64,000 bases of DNA from assembly GCA_020137815.1 (NCBI GenBank), contig CM035350.1, positions 5,518,001 to 5,582,000 on the forward strand, given 5' to 3'. This DNA is from Hormiphora californensis. Taxonomy: Eukaryota > Animalia > Ctenophora. The position numbers and the translations under genes are program-made. Positions 1-34,880 of the stretch are shown piece by piece; within the stretch, counting starts at the first letter, position 1; the number at the start of each line of letters is the position of its first letter. The notes under the pieces are model-generated. The model made no database searches. It saw only the letters and a list, made by a program, of their open reading frames with translations, and had not been told where the DNA came from.

Positions 1-111
1 GTGAGCTAACTAATACGGGATGTGCAGGACAGGGACTGGTAACGGAATGGTTTTTATAGTATTATTGGGCATGCTTTAGCGGGGCTTTAGCTACCAAGAT
101 TGGGGTGCTTT

Positions 112-1209
112 ATTATACCAAAACTAATTGAAATTAGTAGGCCGGAAAGGTTGCCCTATGATTTGAGCTACCTTTGCTACCGTAACATTCACGGGGTACA
201 GACAGGGTATAACCGATGCTTCTTCTGTCTTCAAAAGGGAATGTACTGGTGCCAAAGGTAGCTCAAATCATAGGGCAACCTTTCCGGCCTACTAATTTCA
301 ATTAGTTTTGGTATAATTTGCATCATTTTTGGGATTTTTTATCCATTTCGATGTTGTAGAACAGGTAAGGAGATGATGGAATCGCAAATTTGCAAAATTT
401 TCATTTTTGACGTCATTTTGACGTCATAAAATGACGTCACGTCGTTATGATGTCATAATGATGACGTCATATCATCGGGATTACCTAGATGAAGATACTG
501 ACCAAGTTTGAGATCAATTGGATGAGATTTGAGTCGGCTATGGCGAAAAACCCCATATCGTCATATCTATTTTTAAACAGTCATAACACTTTAGACGCGT
601 TTTAAGACCCTTATACGTCTAGTTTTGAAAATTCGCGATTAGTTTCTGAAAGTTCAGACAATTCTCTTTCCATGATATAATCTTTGATTTTCGATTAGAA
701 TCCGTCTTCAGGGTGTAAATTGAGCTCAAAGAATTTTGGTCAGAGTCTGAAAAATGACGACTTTAAGACGTTCTGTAGGACGTTCCTGGGGATGATGGAA
801 ACCCTCACCCCGCTAATAACACAATAATTGAGTAGATCTACAAGCTAGTGAAAACGAGAAGTCTCTATCTCTTTCCGTTCGTTCAGAACCGTGTTCAAAA
901 AAAAGCGTCTCTCCTATGCGCGCGCGCGCGCGTGTCCGTTACACTGAATCTATAGCAAATGGGACCAGTCTGTAACTTCGGACCCAGATGAGATAGAGAC
1001 TTCAAATTTTTAACATGAGTCAAAGACCCCAAGCCGGGTATTCATTCCAAATTTCAAGTCAAACCGATGAAAGAGAGCCACGCTAAAGCCTTTTGAAATC
1101 CGGCTTTTTCAGCCAAATACCCATAAAACGTATAACTGCGTTTCTGGCAGCGCTTTTGGGGGGGGGGGGGGGGGGGGGAATGGCAACCTTTGCGTTTGCC
1201 AGCGCAGTG
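112..1209 (+). mobile_element. Helentron/HINE (DINE-1-like) non-autonomous element A
   Basis: Absent in copy B (about 40835), no TSD, inserted at T^A. Starts ATTATACC; long 5' inverted repeat 113-316; subTIR aaaggttgcc/ggcaaccttt followed by a 3' hairpin tgcgtttgccagcgca and CAGTG. Confidence 0.7.
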
Positions 1210-1509
1210 ATAAAGCTTGGTACCTTTAGTTAGTGCTGCTGGTACCAACAGTAATCTAAATTTGTCAAATTTGGCAAAATAGTTGTGACGGCCTAGCCTT
1301 ACCACCGTGGTTGGGGGCCAGTTATTAGATGGAGTTATTCAGTTAGATTGCTTTATCCGAGACACCGCGTGACTTGTATACCGGCAAACCATTTTATATT
1401 ACTATGTAATAATTACATCATGCAGGGTTAGCTCGCTACCTGTCTCTAGTCGGCGTGAGAAAAGGGTTGATAACTAAAACTACTTCCTCATTACAAACAT
1501 ATATTCTAG

Positions 1510-24429
<22,920 letters not shown>

Positions 24430-25460
24430 GATTGTAAATAATTGGAAAGTTGCGTCTGTGTGCTAATGCCATTTTCCTGGAAAAAACCTTGATTGATTGA
24501 GATATCTCGCCCATATTGATATTCTGCGAGAATAGCACGGACGATAGATTTGATAGATTGGCCTGATATATGACAGCTTGAGGGGAAAAAGAAGACTATT
24601 TTTAAGCGATAATTTTATATTTAAAGACTATTTTGTTTTTCGACTTTTAAAACTCTTCTTATCTATTTGAAAATCAATTAAAGCGACAAGTAAAGTTGTT
24701 CAAAGGAGCGACACCCACACCATACCACGTTTTGATCGCTATAATTCTTTCTTTGGGTTTCTATCTAATCCATGGCCCATGTTAGGGATCTTGCCTACGC
24801 CTAGACATTGATGACAATAACATATCTGTATCGGGTGCCAATTTTACATTCATTTTTTACATAGCCCTTGTCAGCGTAGCGCGCGGCTCTAGATTCCCAC
24901 GGCCTCATCGCGCGTACATCTGCACTATGCTGACAACAGCTACTTTGATCTTTCAGAAATCACAAAACCGAGTGATAGCTACTCCAGCTAGCATAATTTC
25001 AAAATAGAAACACGGAGTGTACAAAAACAGCAAGCTAAACTTGGCTTGTTTCCCCTCTCTCGAATGTGTGTAATGACACATGAAAAATACGTTCTTTTTG
25101 GTTTTACAAATTCCAGATAGACAAAATTCCATTTAACATTTTACTTATACTGTCACACACACACTCACTCAATCACTTACACACTCACACACACACACTC
25201 ACTCACTCACTCACACACACACACTCACTCACTCACTCACTCACTCACACTCCCACACACACTCTCTCACACACTCTCTTACTCACACAGTACGCTGTTA
25301 CACCCTGACATCAATAATACAATTTCCCGGGGGTGTGAGTTACACACATTGGTATAAAATCTCAACCCTACTTTAAAAAAACACAAAACCACTGTCCTTG
25401 TCATATCACACATGACAACACACCGTTTAATTCAATCTGTTTAGTTTCAATTCAGTCTGT

Positions 25461-25642
25461 TTATACGGTCACCGCCTGTTGGCTGACAACATCACTCTGT
25501 TTCTCTCGGTGTTTCTGGATGGGAGGACTCTGTCCCTCAACACTCTCTCGCGTTACCACAACTTCACAAATATCAGATCCGGGCACATCAAACATGATAT
25601 CTGTTAGTGTGGTCTCTAGAATGCTCCTCAAACCCCTGGCAC
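25461..25642 (-). CDS. CLPX: ClpX terminal exon, on the opposite strand to the other exons in this assembly
   Basis: The minus strand after ttcccag reads (G)[40 protein letters not shown]...VTV-stop. This continues QKRT-G at 29995 in phase (TGARGLRSI sensor-2 motif). Confidence 0.9.
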
Positions 25643-27356
25643 CTGGGAAAAAGGGGGTTTAGGGACCTGGGAAGAATGGGGTTTAGGGACCTGGGAAGAA
25701 TGGGGTTTAGGGACTGGGAAGAATGGGGTTTAGGGACTGGGAAGAAGGGGGTTTAGGGACCTGGGAAGAAGGGGGTTTAGGGACTGGGAAGAATGGGGTT
25801 TAGGGACTGGGAAGAAGGGGGTTTAGGGACTGGGAAGAAGGGGGTTTAGGGACCTGGGAAGAAGAGGGTTTAGGGAACTGGGAAGAAGGGGGTTTAGGGA
25901 CCTGGGAAGAATGGGGTTTAGGGACCTGGGAAGAAGGGGGTTTAGGGACTGGGAAGAATGGGGTTTAGGGACTGGGAAGAAGGGGGTTTAGGGACTGGGA
26001 AGAAGTGGGTTAAGGGACCTGGGAAGAAGGGGGTTTAGAGACTGGGAAAAAGGGGGTTTAGGGACCTGGGAAGAAGGGGGTTTAGGGATCTGGGAAGAAG
26101 GTGGTTAAGGGACCTGGGAAGAATGGGGTTTAGGGACCTGGGAAGAAGGGGGTTAAATGGGGACTGGGAAAAGGGGGTTTAGGGACTGGGAAGAAGGGGT
26201 TTAGGGACCTGGGAAGAAGGGAGTTTAGGGACCTGGGAAGAAGGGGGTTTAGAGATCTGGGAAGAAGAGGGGTTAAGGACCTGGGAAGAAGGGGGTTTAG
26301 GGACCTGGGAAGAAGGGGGGTTAGGGACCTGGGAAGAAGGGGGTTTAGGGACCTGGGAAGAATGGGGTTTAGGGACCTGGGAAGAAGGGGTTTAGGGACC
26401 TGGGAAGAATGGGTGGGGGGGCCGGCTGAAGTTTTTGAAGTTTGAAGTTTTCCACCCTACTTTTTGAGTTTTTGAAGTTGACTTCAAAAACTTCAAAACT
26501 CTAAACTACTTTTTTATGCTATCAGTGACTATTATTACACTTGTTTAGGTTAGTTTCATGCTTAATACATATTGTGGCAAAGTTATCCGTACTTGTCTGC
26601 ACTTTTTCTACCACAAATTAGGATATTTACAATGATTCCTAACCATGAAATCCATGACACAATTTGGTGTAAAAAATTTAAATTTTTTGTAAAAACAGAT
26701 TTTATTTTCATTCTATAACTCAAAATATTGCCTAGAAAATGCTAAGAAAGTGTTTAAAAATTATGAAGTAAATTTTCAAATTTATTTTTGGGGCCACACC
26801 CTTTTTGCCAGTTTCACAAAATGCAAATTTTTTATGAAGGGAGTAGTGAAAAAAAATATGGTCACCAAAATCATCAGCGGCCTCGAGTTAGTGGGGGTAC
26901 GTGCCAAAATGAAGTCTCCACCTCATCTAATTCGAGGGATAATGGGATATTTTCATAATTTTGTGTGTGCGCATTACTTTTTTTGGGCTAGACCAGTTTT
27001 AATGGTTTATGAGTGACTATAGGCTTTTTAAAGGGTTGCATCTTGTTCGGAATATGCAAGTTCATATAAGAGTTATGAAGCAACATAGGGCCTATCTCCA
27101 ACGGTTTAGGAGATATAATGAGTTTTTGAAGTTTTTGAAGTTTTCCACCCTAAGTTTCTCTTTGAAGTTTTTGAAGTTGACTTCAAAAACTTCAAAAACT
27201 TCAGCCCCCCCCCCCCCCCCCCCCCCGAATGGGTTTAGGGACCTGGGAAGAAGGGGGTTAAATAGGGACTGGGAAAAGGGGGTTTAGGGACTGGGAAGAA
27301 GGGAGTTTAGGGACCTGGTAAGAAGGGCGTTTAGGGACCTGGGAAGAATGGGGACC
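25641..27356. repeat. 23-24 bp G-rich minisatellite in the ClpX last intron (25641-26414 and 27227-27356)
   Basis: Unit acctgggaagaagggggtttaggg, roughly 35-40 copies, interrupted by a TIR element. Confidence 0.95.
26415..27226. mobile_element. TIR element with oligo-G/oligo-C ends and 8-bp TSD (Merlin- or MULE-like)
   Basis: TSD gaatgggt at 26407-26414 and 27227-27234; TIR ggctgaagtttttgaagttt. Confidence 0.75.
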
Positions 27357-27464
27357 GGCAGATATTCAGTGAATACACACTTTTTCCCGTAGACTTAACC
27401 CCACTGGCCACTTCGGGCCCTAGTGGGGGGACCCGGAACACCCTGTACATGGAACTCACCTGTT

Positions 27465-29995
27465 ATTCACTCGTCAGACCTTACCTACCCCGCCTTTAGC
27501 CCTTCAAACTCGATTTGTAAGTCAAAATAATAGTTTATCTTGAAACGTTTAGTTAAAACTATACAGCTGTTAGACTAACAGTTTTTAGTTATTACTTATT
27601 ATATATCCCCTTCTCAGTCCTCAGACAGTACCAGTGATTCTAACAACTGCAGATGCCCTAAATGCGGAGGGGTGCTAAACAACCTGAAAAATGGGCCAAC
27701 TTCACCTCGTTTCTTCAAATGTCAGCACTGCGAGTATTTCTTTGTGCTCGATATTGATATCATGAACGACACATCCGAGTAGAGTCCAGGTAAGAATTAC
27801 TGGTGCTTTACAAGAGAGTAACTAGAGGGAGAGACCTCAGTCCTCACAATACTAATTAGAATTCCCTCAGTCACGTGAACCAAGCACCACCTCAAGAGGA
27901 ACAAGTTCTACCCACGCCCAAAGAGATTTTCAGTTATCTCAATGAGTTTGTTATTGGTCAAGAGCACGCCAAGAAGGTCCTATCAGTGGCAATCTATAAT
28001 CATTACCGAGGATTGAAGTTAACTTATCAGAAGAGAAGAGGCTGAGTGGTGTGTCTCCAAAATGGATAAAACTAATGTCCTCCTACTCGGTCCTACAGGT
28101 ATTTGGGAGGGTAGTGATGGGAGAGAGGTTATAGCATTATGGGGGCATTATGCGTGCATGTGATTTTTATCAAGCATACGCCTTATATTCCGGGAATACG
28201 AACAAGAGAGAGAGAGAGAGAGAGAAGTTATAAACTGTTTCATTGAATTTCTCTCCCATTATCAGGAACTGGAAAGACGCTCCTCGCTCAGTCGGTTGCA
28301 GAATGCCTCAAAGTGCCCATGACCATATGCGATTGTACCTCCCTAACTCAAGCGGGCTACGTTGGTGAGACGTTGAGTCGATCGTCGCTAAACTTCTCAT
28401 TGCCTCCGATTTTAACTTGGAAAAGTGCCAGAAAGGAATTGTATTTTTGGATGAGGTAAGAAAAGAGTAACATGATTCAATTCGATAGTGAGAAATAATA
28501 GTGAATACAGCTGCAGCTGAGTAGAATGGTTTAGTTGACTGTTTTAGTAGTCCGATACATACAGTCGTGTAACTTGTGTTTCCGGGAGGATATTATTAGG
28601 TCAGAGCCGGTATTGGTGTGTAAATCAAGTATGGAGAGAGAGAAAGTGAGAGAGAAAAAAGGAGAAAAGTGTATGAGATAGAGAAGCTCGAGCGGATATA
28701 AATAATGTCTTCGAATATGTAATTATGAAAGAATTCTCTTTAGCCGGTTTAGACGGAGTATAAGAAATTATCCATGTGTCTATTTATAGATAACATGACG
28801 GCTAAACTAAGCGTTGCCAGTAATATAATACCCATCTGCCTGTGGACGTCTGAATTTTAGTTGTATTATCTATTTAAAGTGTTTCAAATCTTATCTAAAA
28901 CTGCCCTGCAGTTGTCATGCTAATATTGGTTTGAATACACACTTTTGTTGACACAATGCACGGTGTAGAATAACATCATGTAAATGAAAACAATCCCCCT
29001 GTTCCCTCCCTGTTTCTAGCATGTTTAGTTGTACATAATTTGAGTACCCCCCCCCCCAGGTTGATAAAATCTCGATGCGATCAAAGGAGACAAGTGTCAG
29101 GGATGTCTCGGGGGAGGGAGTCCAACAAGCTTTGCTAAAACTCCTCGAGGGGACACTAGTCACAATCCCAGAGCGACTTATACCCTCTCGAAAACTCCGC
29201 TCTGATCCCGTTCAAGTTGACACAACAAATATATTGTTTATTGCATCAGGTGCCTTTGGAGGAATTGAGAAAATTGTCAGGTATGGAAGGGTCGATTTGG
29301 TATCTTTGTCATACTATGTGACTGCAGTAAGAGGGCTGTCTTTTGTGAGACAATAATTTCATATGGGCCGTAGACGATTGTAAAATTATAAAATGTTTCA
29401 GATCGCGGAAAATTAAGAAAACAATTGGATTTGGAAGTGTTGTGAGTGGTGACGATGCCGCTCTTAACGACAAGAAAACTTCATTCCAAGATCAGTTGAA
29501 AATAAACGATAAATTTTTGCGGGATATTGACGCAGAGGACTTGGTCAATTTTGGAATTATTCCAGAATTTGTTGGTAGAATGCCCGTAGCAGTTCCTCTC
29601 ATGTCGCTGGGTAAGCTCAAACTTTGTGATACTTCTCCCTAGTATTATAATAGGTGTGGGTAAAGTCTGAAGTTTTGAAGTTGTCACCTCAAACTTAAAA
29701 AAATCAGATTTTAGTGGGTACATTCAGAGGGTTATCACCCATTTCAAAGCCCTGCCTGTTTCCACATTTCCATTTACATTTAATTTCAAACCTAGTGACA
29801 GGTTGGTAAGCACAGCTGCTGACATGTTAACATACTTTTATTCAGATCGGGAGGCATTGGTCACGATTCTAACTAAACCTAAAAACTCCATCATCGCCCA
29901 ATACAAGTACTTATTGGAGCTGGATGAGTGTACGCTAACGTTCACAGATGACTCACTCAACGCTATAGCTGACCTCGCTATACAGAAGAGAACAG
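27465..29995 (+). CDS. CLPX: Mitochondrial ATP-dependent Clp protease ATP-binding subunit ClpX (all but last exon; several single-base frameshifts)
   Basis: Exons about 27465-27516, 27618-27789 (C4 zinc finger RCPKC...FFKCQHC), 27871-28098 ([32 protein letters not shown]; NVLLLGPTG), 28266-28455 ([21 protein letters not shown]), 29060-29280 ([27 protein letters not shown]), 29402-29610 ([12 protein letters not shown]), 29846-29995. Confidence 0.92.
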
Positions 29996-30079
29996 GTGAG
30001 TTCCATGTACAGGGTGTTCCGGGTCCCCCCACTAGGGCCCGAAGTGGCCAGTGGGGTTAAGTCTACGGGAAAAAGTGTG

Positions 30080-30179
30080 NNNNNNNNNNNNNNNNNNNNN
30101 NNNNNNNNNNNNNNNNNNNNNNNNNNNNNNNNNNNNNNNNNNNNNNNNNNNNNNNNNNNNNNNNNNNNNNNNNNNNNNN
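30080..30179. other. Scaffold gap (100 N)
   Basis: Run of N. Confidence 1.
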
Positions 30180-32077
30180 TCAGTTTGTAATACCTGTTTG
30201 CATGGAAGCAGGGCGGCAAGGAGAAGCTTATAAAGACTCCTATTTTTTGGAACCAAAGACTTTTTAGGTGTCAGTAGGCATGATCAGCTTCTTTATCTCT
30301 CGAACTTTGGCTGCTAACCTAAATTATAAATTATAAAATATGAGATTAATCTGTCTGGTAGATCTAAGCGCTATACATGGTCTGGCACCCTCAGACAGGG
30401 ATCACTAAGACATGTCGAACTAATAAGTTATTAAAAAAATAGTAAGCTGTATATTCGTACTTGATCATATCTTTGGGGATGTTTTCTGGTGTTTCAGTAG
30501 TGTTTGTCCTCCCCAGATAGACTGTAACATTCCACACACTGCCACACATTCTCCAGCTCTCTTCCGGTCGTCCTACAGAGAATTAGAGAGCATGATTTAT
30601 GTAAACTGTCCGGTTGTAAAGATAATTTCATACAAGTTCTTTAAAACTTATTTGAACAATGTTCCTTGAGTCCTGCATGCAGTCTAGTCGTGACACAATG
30701 CGCAACTACTTAATATAGTGTTTAATCTTAAATCTATTAAACGGAGATCGGTTAGCGTCTCGCAGCATATTCCGAACCATGAAGGTAGACATTGAGAACA
30801 AGTTTTTTAGCTAACCTATTAACTCGATTCTCCGTGACGCCGATCGCGAGAGGTTATGTCGAGGTTGTGACTGGAAGAGAGTGAGACTTTGAAACTGAGA
30901 ATGGTTTCCAAGAATCGATTCCCCTAAATGATTTCCATAATCGCAACGATATTGAGACCTCACCCGCCCACAATTTAGCATGCAAAGCCAATCCGACATC
31001 CGCGAAGCCAGATTGGGCAGAATTATATAGAAGACCTACCCCAGAAAGGTTAAGAGTTCAATAGATAGAGTTACATTTGTTGAATTCTATTGAGACAAGG
31101 AGGGTAGGTGATGTTTACCATTCGTGCTCTGACTTTAATGAAGTTACAGCAGCTGCCGTGTAATGACTGGTAAAGCATATGAAAATAACACTTGTGTATA
31201 TAATCGCTAGGTTGTAAGGGAGCTGGTTATTTTTCATTAGCGGTCATCTCACAGACCGCACGGTGTGTTGTAGGACGCGTAGGTTCCGAAATATGTGTTC
31301 GTGACATTTTAATAGAGAGAAAGTATAGATATTGAGTTCGAGAATAAATACTGGAGAAAGAAAAAAGATATCGTTTAAGAGTTCACAATCACGCATGAAT
31401 GAGACAGATGTAATTTCTCTAGCGTCGATCTTTATATTTTTCCTGCCATCCGCGCTCTCTCTTTCCCTTCCTCTCTCTCTCTCTATTTTTTCTCAATCTA
31501 TCACTGGCCCATCTCTATCAATCTATAATACATGTTCAACATATTGTGGACGCACATATGCGGCACAGTCTGCCAGGCACACATACAGTATGGTTGACAT
31601 TTCGGCTGCGCACGTGCTCTCTCTCTTCCCCCTCTCTCTTTTCTCTCTCTCTTCTCTCTCTCTCGGTCCACTACACGCACCACTCCCACATGGGGCCGTG
31701 AGGCCCCAGAGAGCAGGGTTAAATCCCCCGTGACCGGATCTGTTGGATCTGAGGGCCCGGAGGGCTGCGGAGTAAAGGTAGGGTAGGTGAACATGTACAT
31801 ACGGGTAAATTTAACAATGACATATGGGTTTTAAGTAAAGGGGATGATATTAAAAAGGGGGAAGTAAAGTGGGATTTAAAGCTATGGTGACGGAGCACAA
31901 GACCTCCTAAACTATCTGCAAAGAAAGACAATTGCTTACAATGAATTCTAAGAAGAGACACTTATCAGGAACTGAGAAGCAAACCGTACTGAATCTAAGG
32001 CAGCCTAAAACAAGCGGAACGGGTGTTCGAGCGAAAAAAATATAATTAATACAAATGGATGATGATTACATGTCGAG

Positions 32078-32530
32078 CCGAGAGGACAGCCAGCCGTTCC
32101 AGAGAAGCCAAGCTGACCCCGTTCCAGAGAAGACAGCCGACCCCGTTCCAGAGAAGCCAGCTGACCCGTTCCAGAGAAGCCAGCTGACCCCGTTCCAGAA
32201 AAGCCAGCTGACCCCGCCCCAGAGAAGACAGCCACCCCGACTCCAGAGAAGACAGCTGACCCCCGCTCCAGTAAGGACAGCCTGACCCAGTCCAGTAAAG
32301 ACAGTGACCCGTTCAGTAAAGACAGCTGACCCCGTTCCAGAGAGGACAGCCCACCCCGCTCCAGAGAGGACGGCTGAACCCGTTCCAGTAAAGACAGCTG
32401 ACCCCGCTCCAGAGAAGCCAGCTGACCCGCTCAAGAGGACAGCCACCCCGATCCAGAGAGGACAGCTGACCCCGCTCCAGTAAGGTACAGCTGACCCCGC
32501 CCCAGAGAGGACAGCCACCGTTCCAAAGAC
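32078..32530 (+). repeat. About 24-bp GC-rich tandem repeat
   Basis: Unit approximately ccagagaagacagctgaccccgtt, about 19 degenerate copies. Confidence 0.9.
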
Positions 32531-32939
32531 AATCATCTCCGATGTAGAACCCTACAAAATGGAAGAAGTGGGTTAGGGGGGCCAGTAGAACAAAAACAGT
32601 ATTGGTTAGGGTTAGTGATAAAAGGGGCCTTGGGGGCACAGTTTGGCTGGAAGATGCCTGTTCCACTGTAACCTGAGCCGGAGAAGGCGGGGTAGGAACG
32701 TCGTAGTCTGGCGTTGATCACACTGTGGGCCGCCTAGCCTTGCAAGATGTTTTTGTATTTTGTATTTCTTATTTTTTTTTCGTATTCCTGATACACAGCC
32801 ACGACTAGCAGCGGCCACACGAGAGACCTGGAAATCGACAGGTGGGAAAGGGGATGGGGAAAAAAGGTACTCCGTTGAACCCGTTGCCCGGGGGAAACCG
32901 CTTGGTGAGGTGGTGGTGGCAGGGGGACCAACTCCCCCC

Positions 32940-33003
<64 letters not shown>

Positions 33004-34880
33004 CCCCGATCATGTGTTTCCCTTACTATATGATGAGGAACTTATACATTCCACGAAGAGAAATGATCATTCGCACTGATCGATTTCTTGTTTGATGATG
33101 AAATGAATTCTGTCCTGGGCTGCTATCGCCGGGATGAATAGTATTTACTGTTCAAACGACTCTTCTCTCCGTCCATATCAATCATCATTAATATTAAACA
33201 TAAATACTCAATAATATAATAGGTGTGACTATTTGACTCATCAGAACATTGGCACTTCTGTTTTGTGATCACTTACACACACAATTCTCTGCTCCCTCTC
33301 ATACAATGGGCCGTGAGACACTAGACTGCAGTTTCCGAGTTGGTCACTATATTTTCACTACTTCACATACTTATTTCACTGCTATGTTATAGACCAGCTC
33401 GATGCTTTGGACCACCATGTTGTATTAGAACCACCTAGTTACAAGACACCCCTAATATTGCTATATTAACGCGGAGGGGTGACAGGTGCAATTGAACCAG
33501 ATTTGTACAAGCCTGAGAATTGTGTCTTTTGAGGGCATGAAAGGGGGGAAAATACTGGAGAGTGTCTAGAAACTACACTCAAGCTTGTACAACTCTGTTT
33601 GGTTCACTCTCACTTTTAAATATTATTTGTATGTGTCGTTCAACTAGCCACTACGCAACTCAGCTGATTCTTGCTAAACGTGGTATGAAACTGTATGATC
33701 TTAAATTAGTGTTTGATTGGATATCTGTATATACTCAGTATGCCATGTATCTATCAGTAGTTATGATTTATCGGGGGAGGATCAGAGAGAGCTAGTAATA
33801 TTGTCATAGAATGGGTTGGAGTGTGATATGAATTTATGCGATATGAAGATCTCCATATATGTATCCAGGAGAAGTCTCTATTATAGAGACTGGCCTGGGC
33901 GGGATAAAATTGCAGATAAGTGCAGTAACCTTAATTATATGTAATATAACATATTTTGTGATTCAAATCCTACAGCCCACATTATATGCCCATCCCTTAA
34001 GGGCAATAGTAGAAAGGTTACCACCTCCTAATGAACTATGATATTCAATGTGGCACAATTTAACTCTCCGAGTCTGATATTGCCCACCATAACTTTCTAT
34101 TCGACAGATCTATACTTATCATGTTAATTGTTGATTTTATTTGCGTGACTAGCAGAGAGAATATGAAACCATCCTGTTCTGACAGTAGTTCCCTTTAGTA
34201 ACCCTGATTGTGATTGGTTTATACGAGCAATCGCCTCGTTAACCCGGCCCACGTAGTAGTTGACAAGCCTTACTAATTTTTTGTGTCGCTTAACTTCACT
34301 AATCATTTCTATTCTTATTCTATCATTACTATCTTCACAATGTTGGGAGTGTCCCATTTCTCACATACATTATTTATATAGTTCTTATGCAATGGCAGCA
34401 ACCAATCGGAACAGAGGCTATTATATATAGTGCTGAAATCTGATTATACCGCGTGGTCCGGCACCTGGAATTATAGGTGCCGACTGCCAGGAGGGATAAT
34501 CATCTAAGATTTACAGATCTCCCTTTTATTGCCCACGCGGTACACGTCGCGGTAAATAGGTGTGTCCGATAAAACTGGCAGTGTTCAGGCTCATTAAGGG
34601 GTGTGTGTATCGAATTAGTACCACAGTCGGACTCCGCTGTAGAAGGGTGCTGCTCCGGTAATTATAATCTTATGAACTACATATAACATGTAGCTAAACA
34701 TTTATTTTAATATCCGTCATCTACTACCACCTTTGTTTTGCTCGCGTTTGTTTCTTTGTTCGCGCGCCGAGACGAAACAGAGGGTACTTTCCTTGGTATA
34801 AATATTTACCCCCCCCCCCCCATCCAGTTCAGCTGCAGTCTCTTATCAGACTCCTTACCGTTTAACACGTTAGCTAGTTG

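Noticed and set aside
1426-1467. Extra small PRKDC exon after catgcag
   Set aside because: The phase-0 join of the preceding exon (ending 40724 in copy B) directly to 1510/41128 is open, while this segment hits a stop in phase 0.
25641-27356. Telomeric (TTTAGGG) array
   Set aside because: TTTAGGG is only part of a 23-24 bp unit derived from the ClpX acceptor, not a pure telomere tract.
30265-31037. Possible minus-strand exons, including a C2H2-like WQCVEC-x12-H motif at about 30470-30574
   Set aside because: The second His is missing and frames do not join without assuming indels, so a gene call is unsupported.
32795-32940. HDV-like ribozyme on the minus strand (GGGGGGA...TTCCCCC-GG-GCAAC)
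   Set aside because: P1- and P4-like pairings exist, but L3 length, P2-P3 adjacency and J4/2 do not fit, and part of it looks like a short intron.
33028-33082. C/D box snoRNA (ATGATGA...CATTCGCA-CTGA)
   Set aside because: The rRNA complementarity is only about 8 nt, with no convincing terminal stem or host intron.
34442-34669. Telomerase RNA, RNase P or RNase MRP identity for the folded segment
   Set aside because: No CUAACCCU-type template, and no properly placed CR-I/CR-V motifs or P1-P3.
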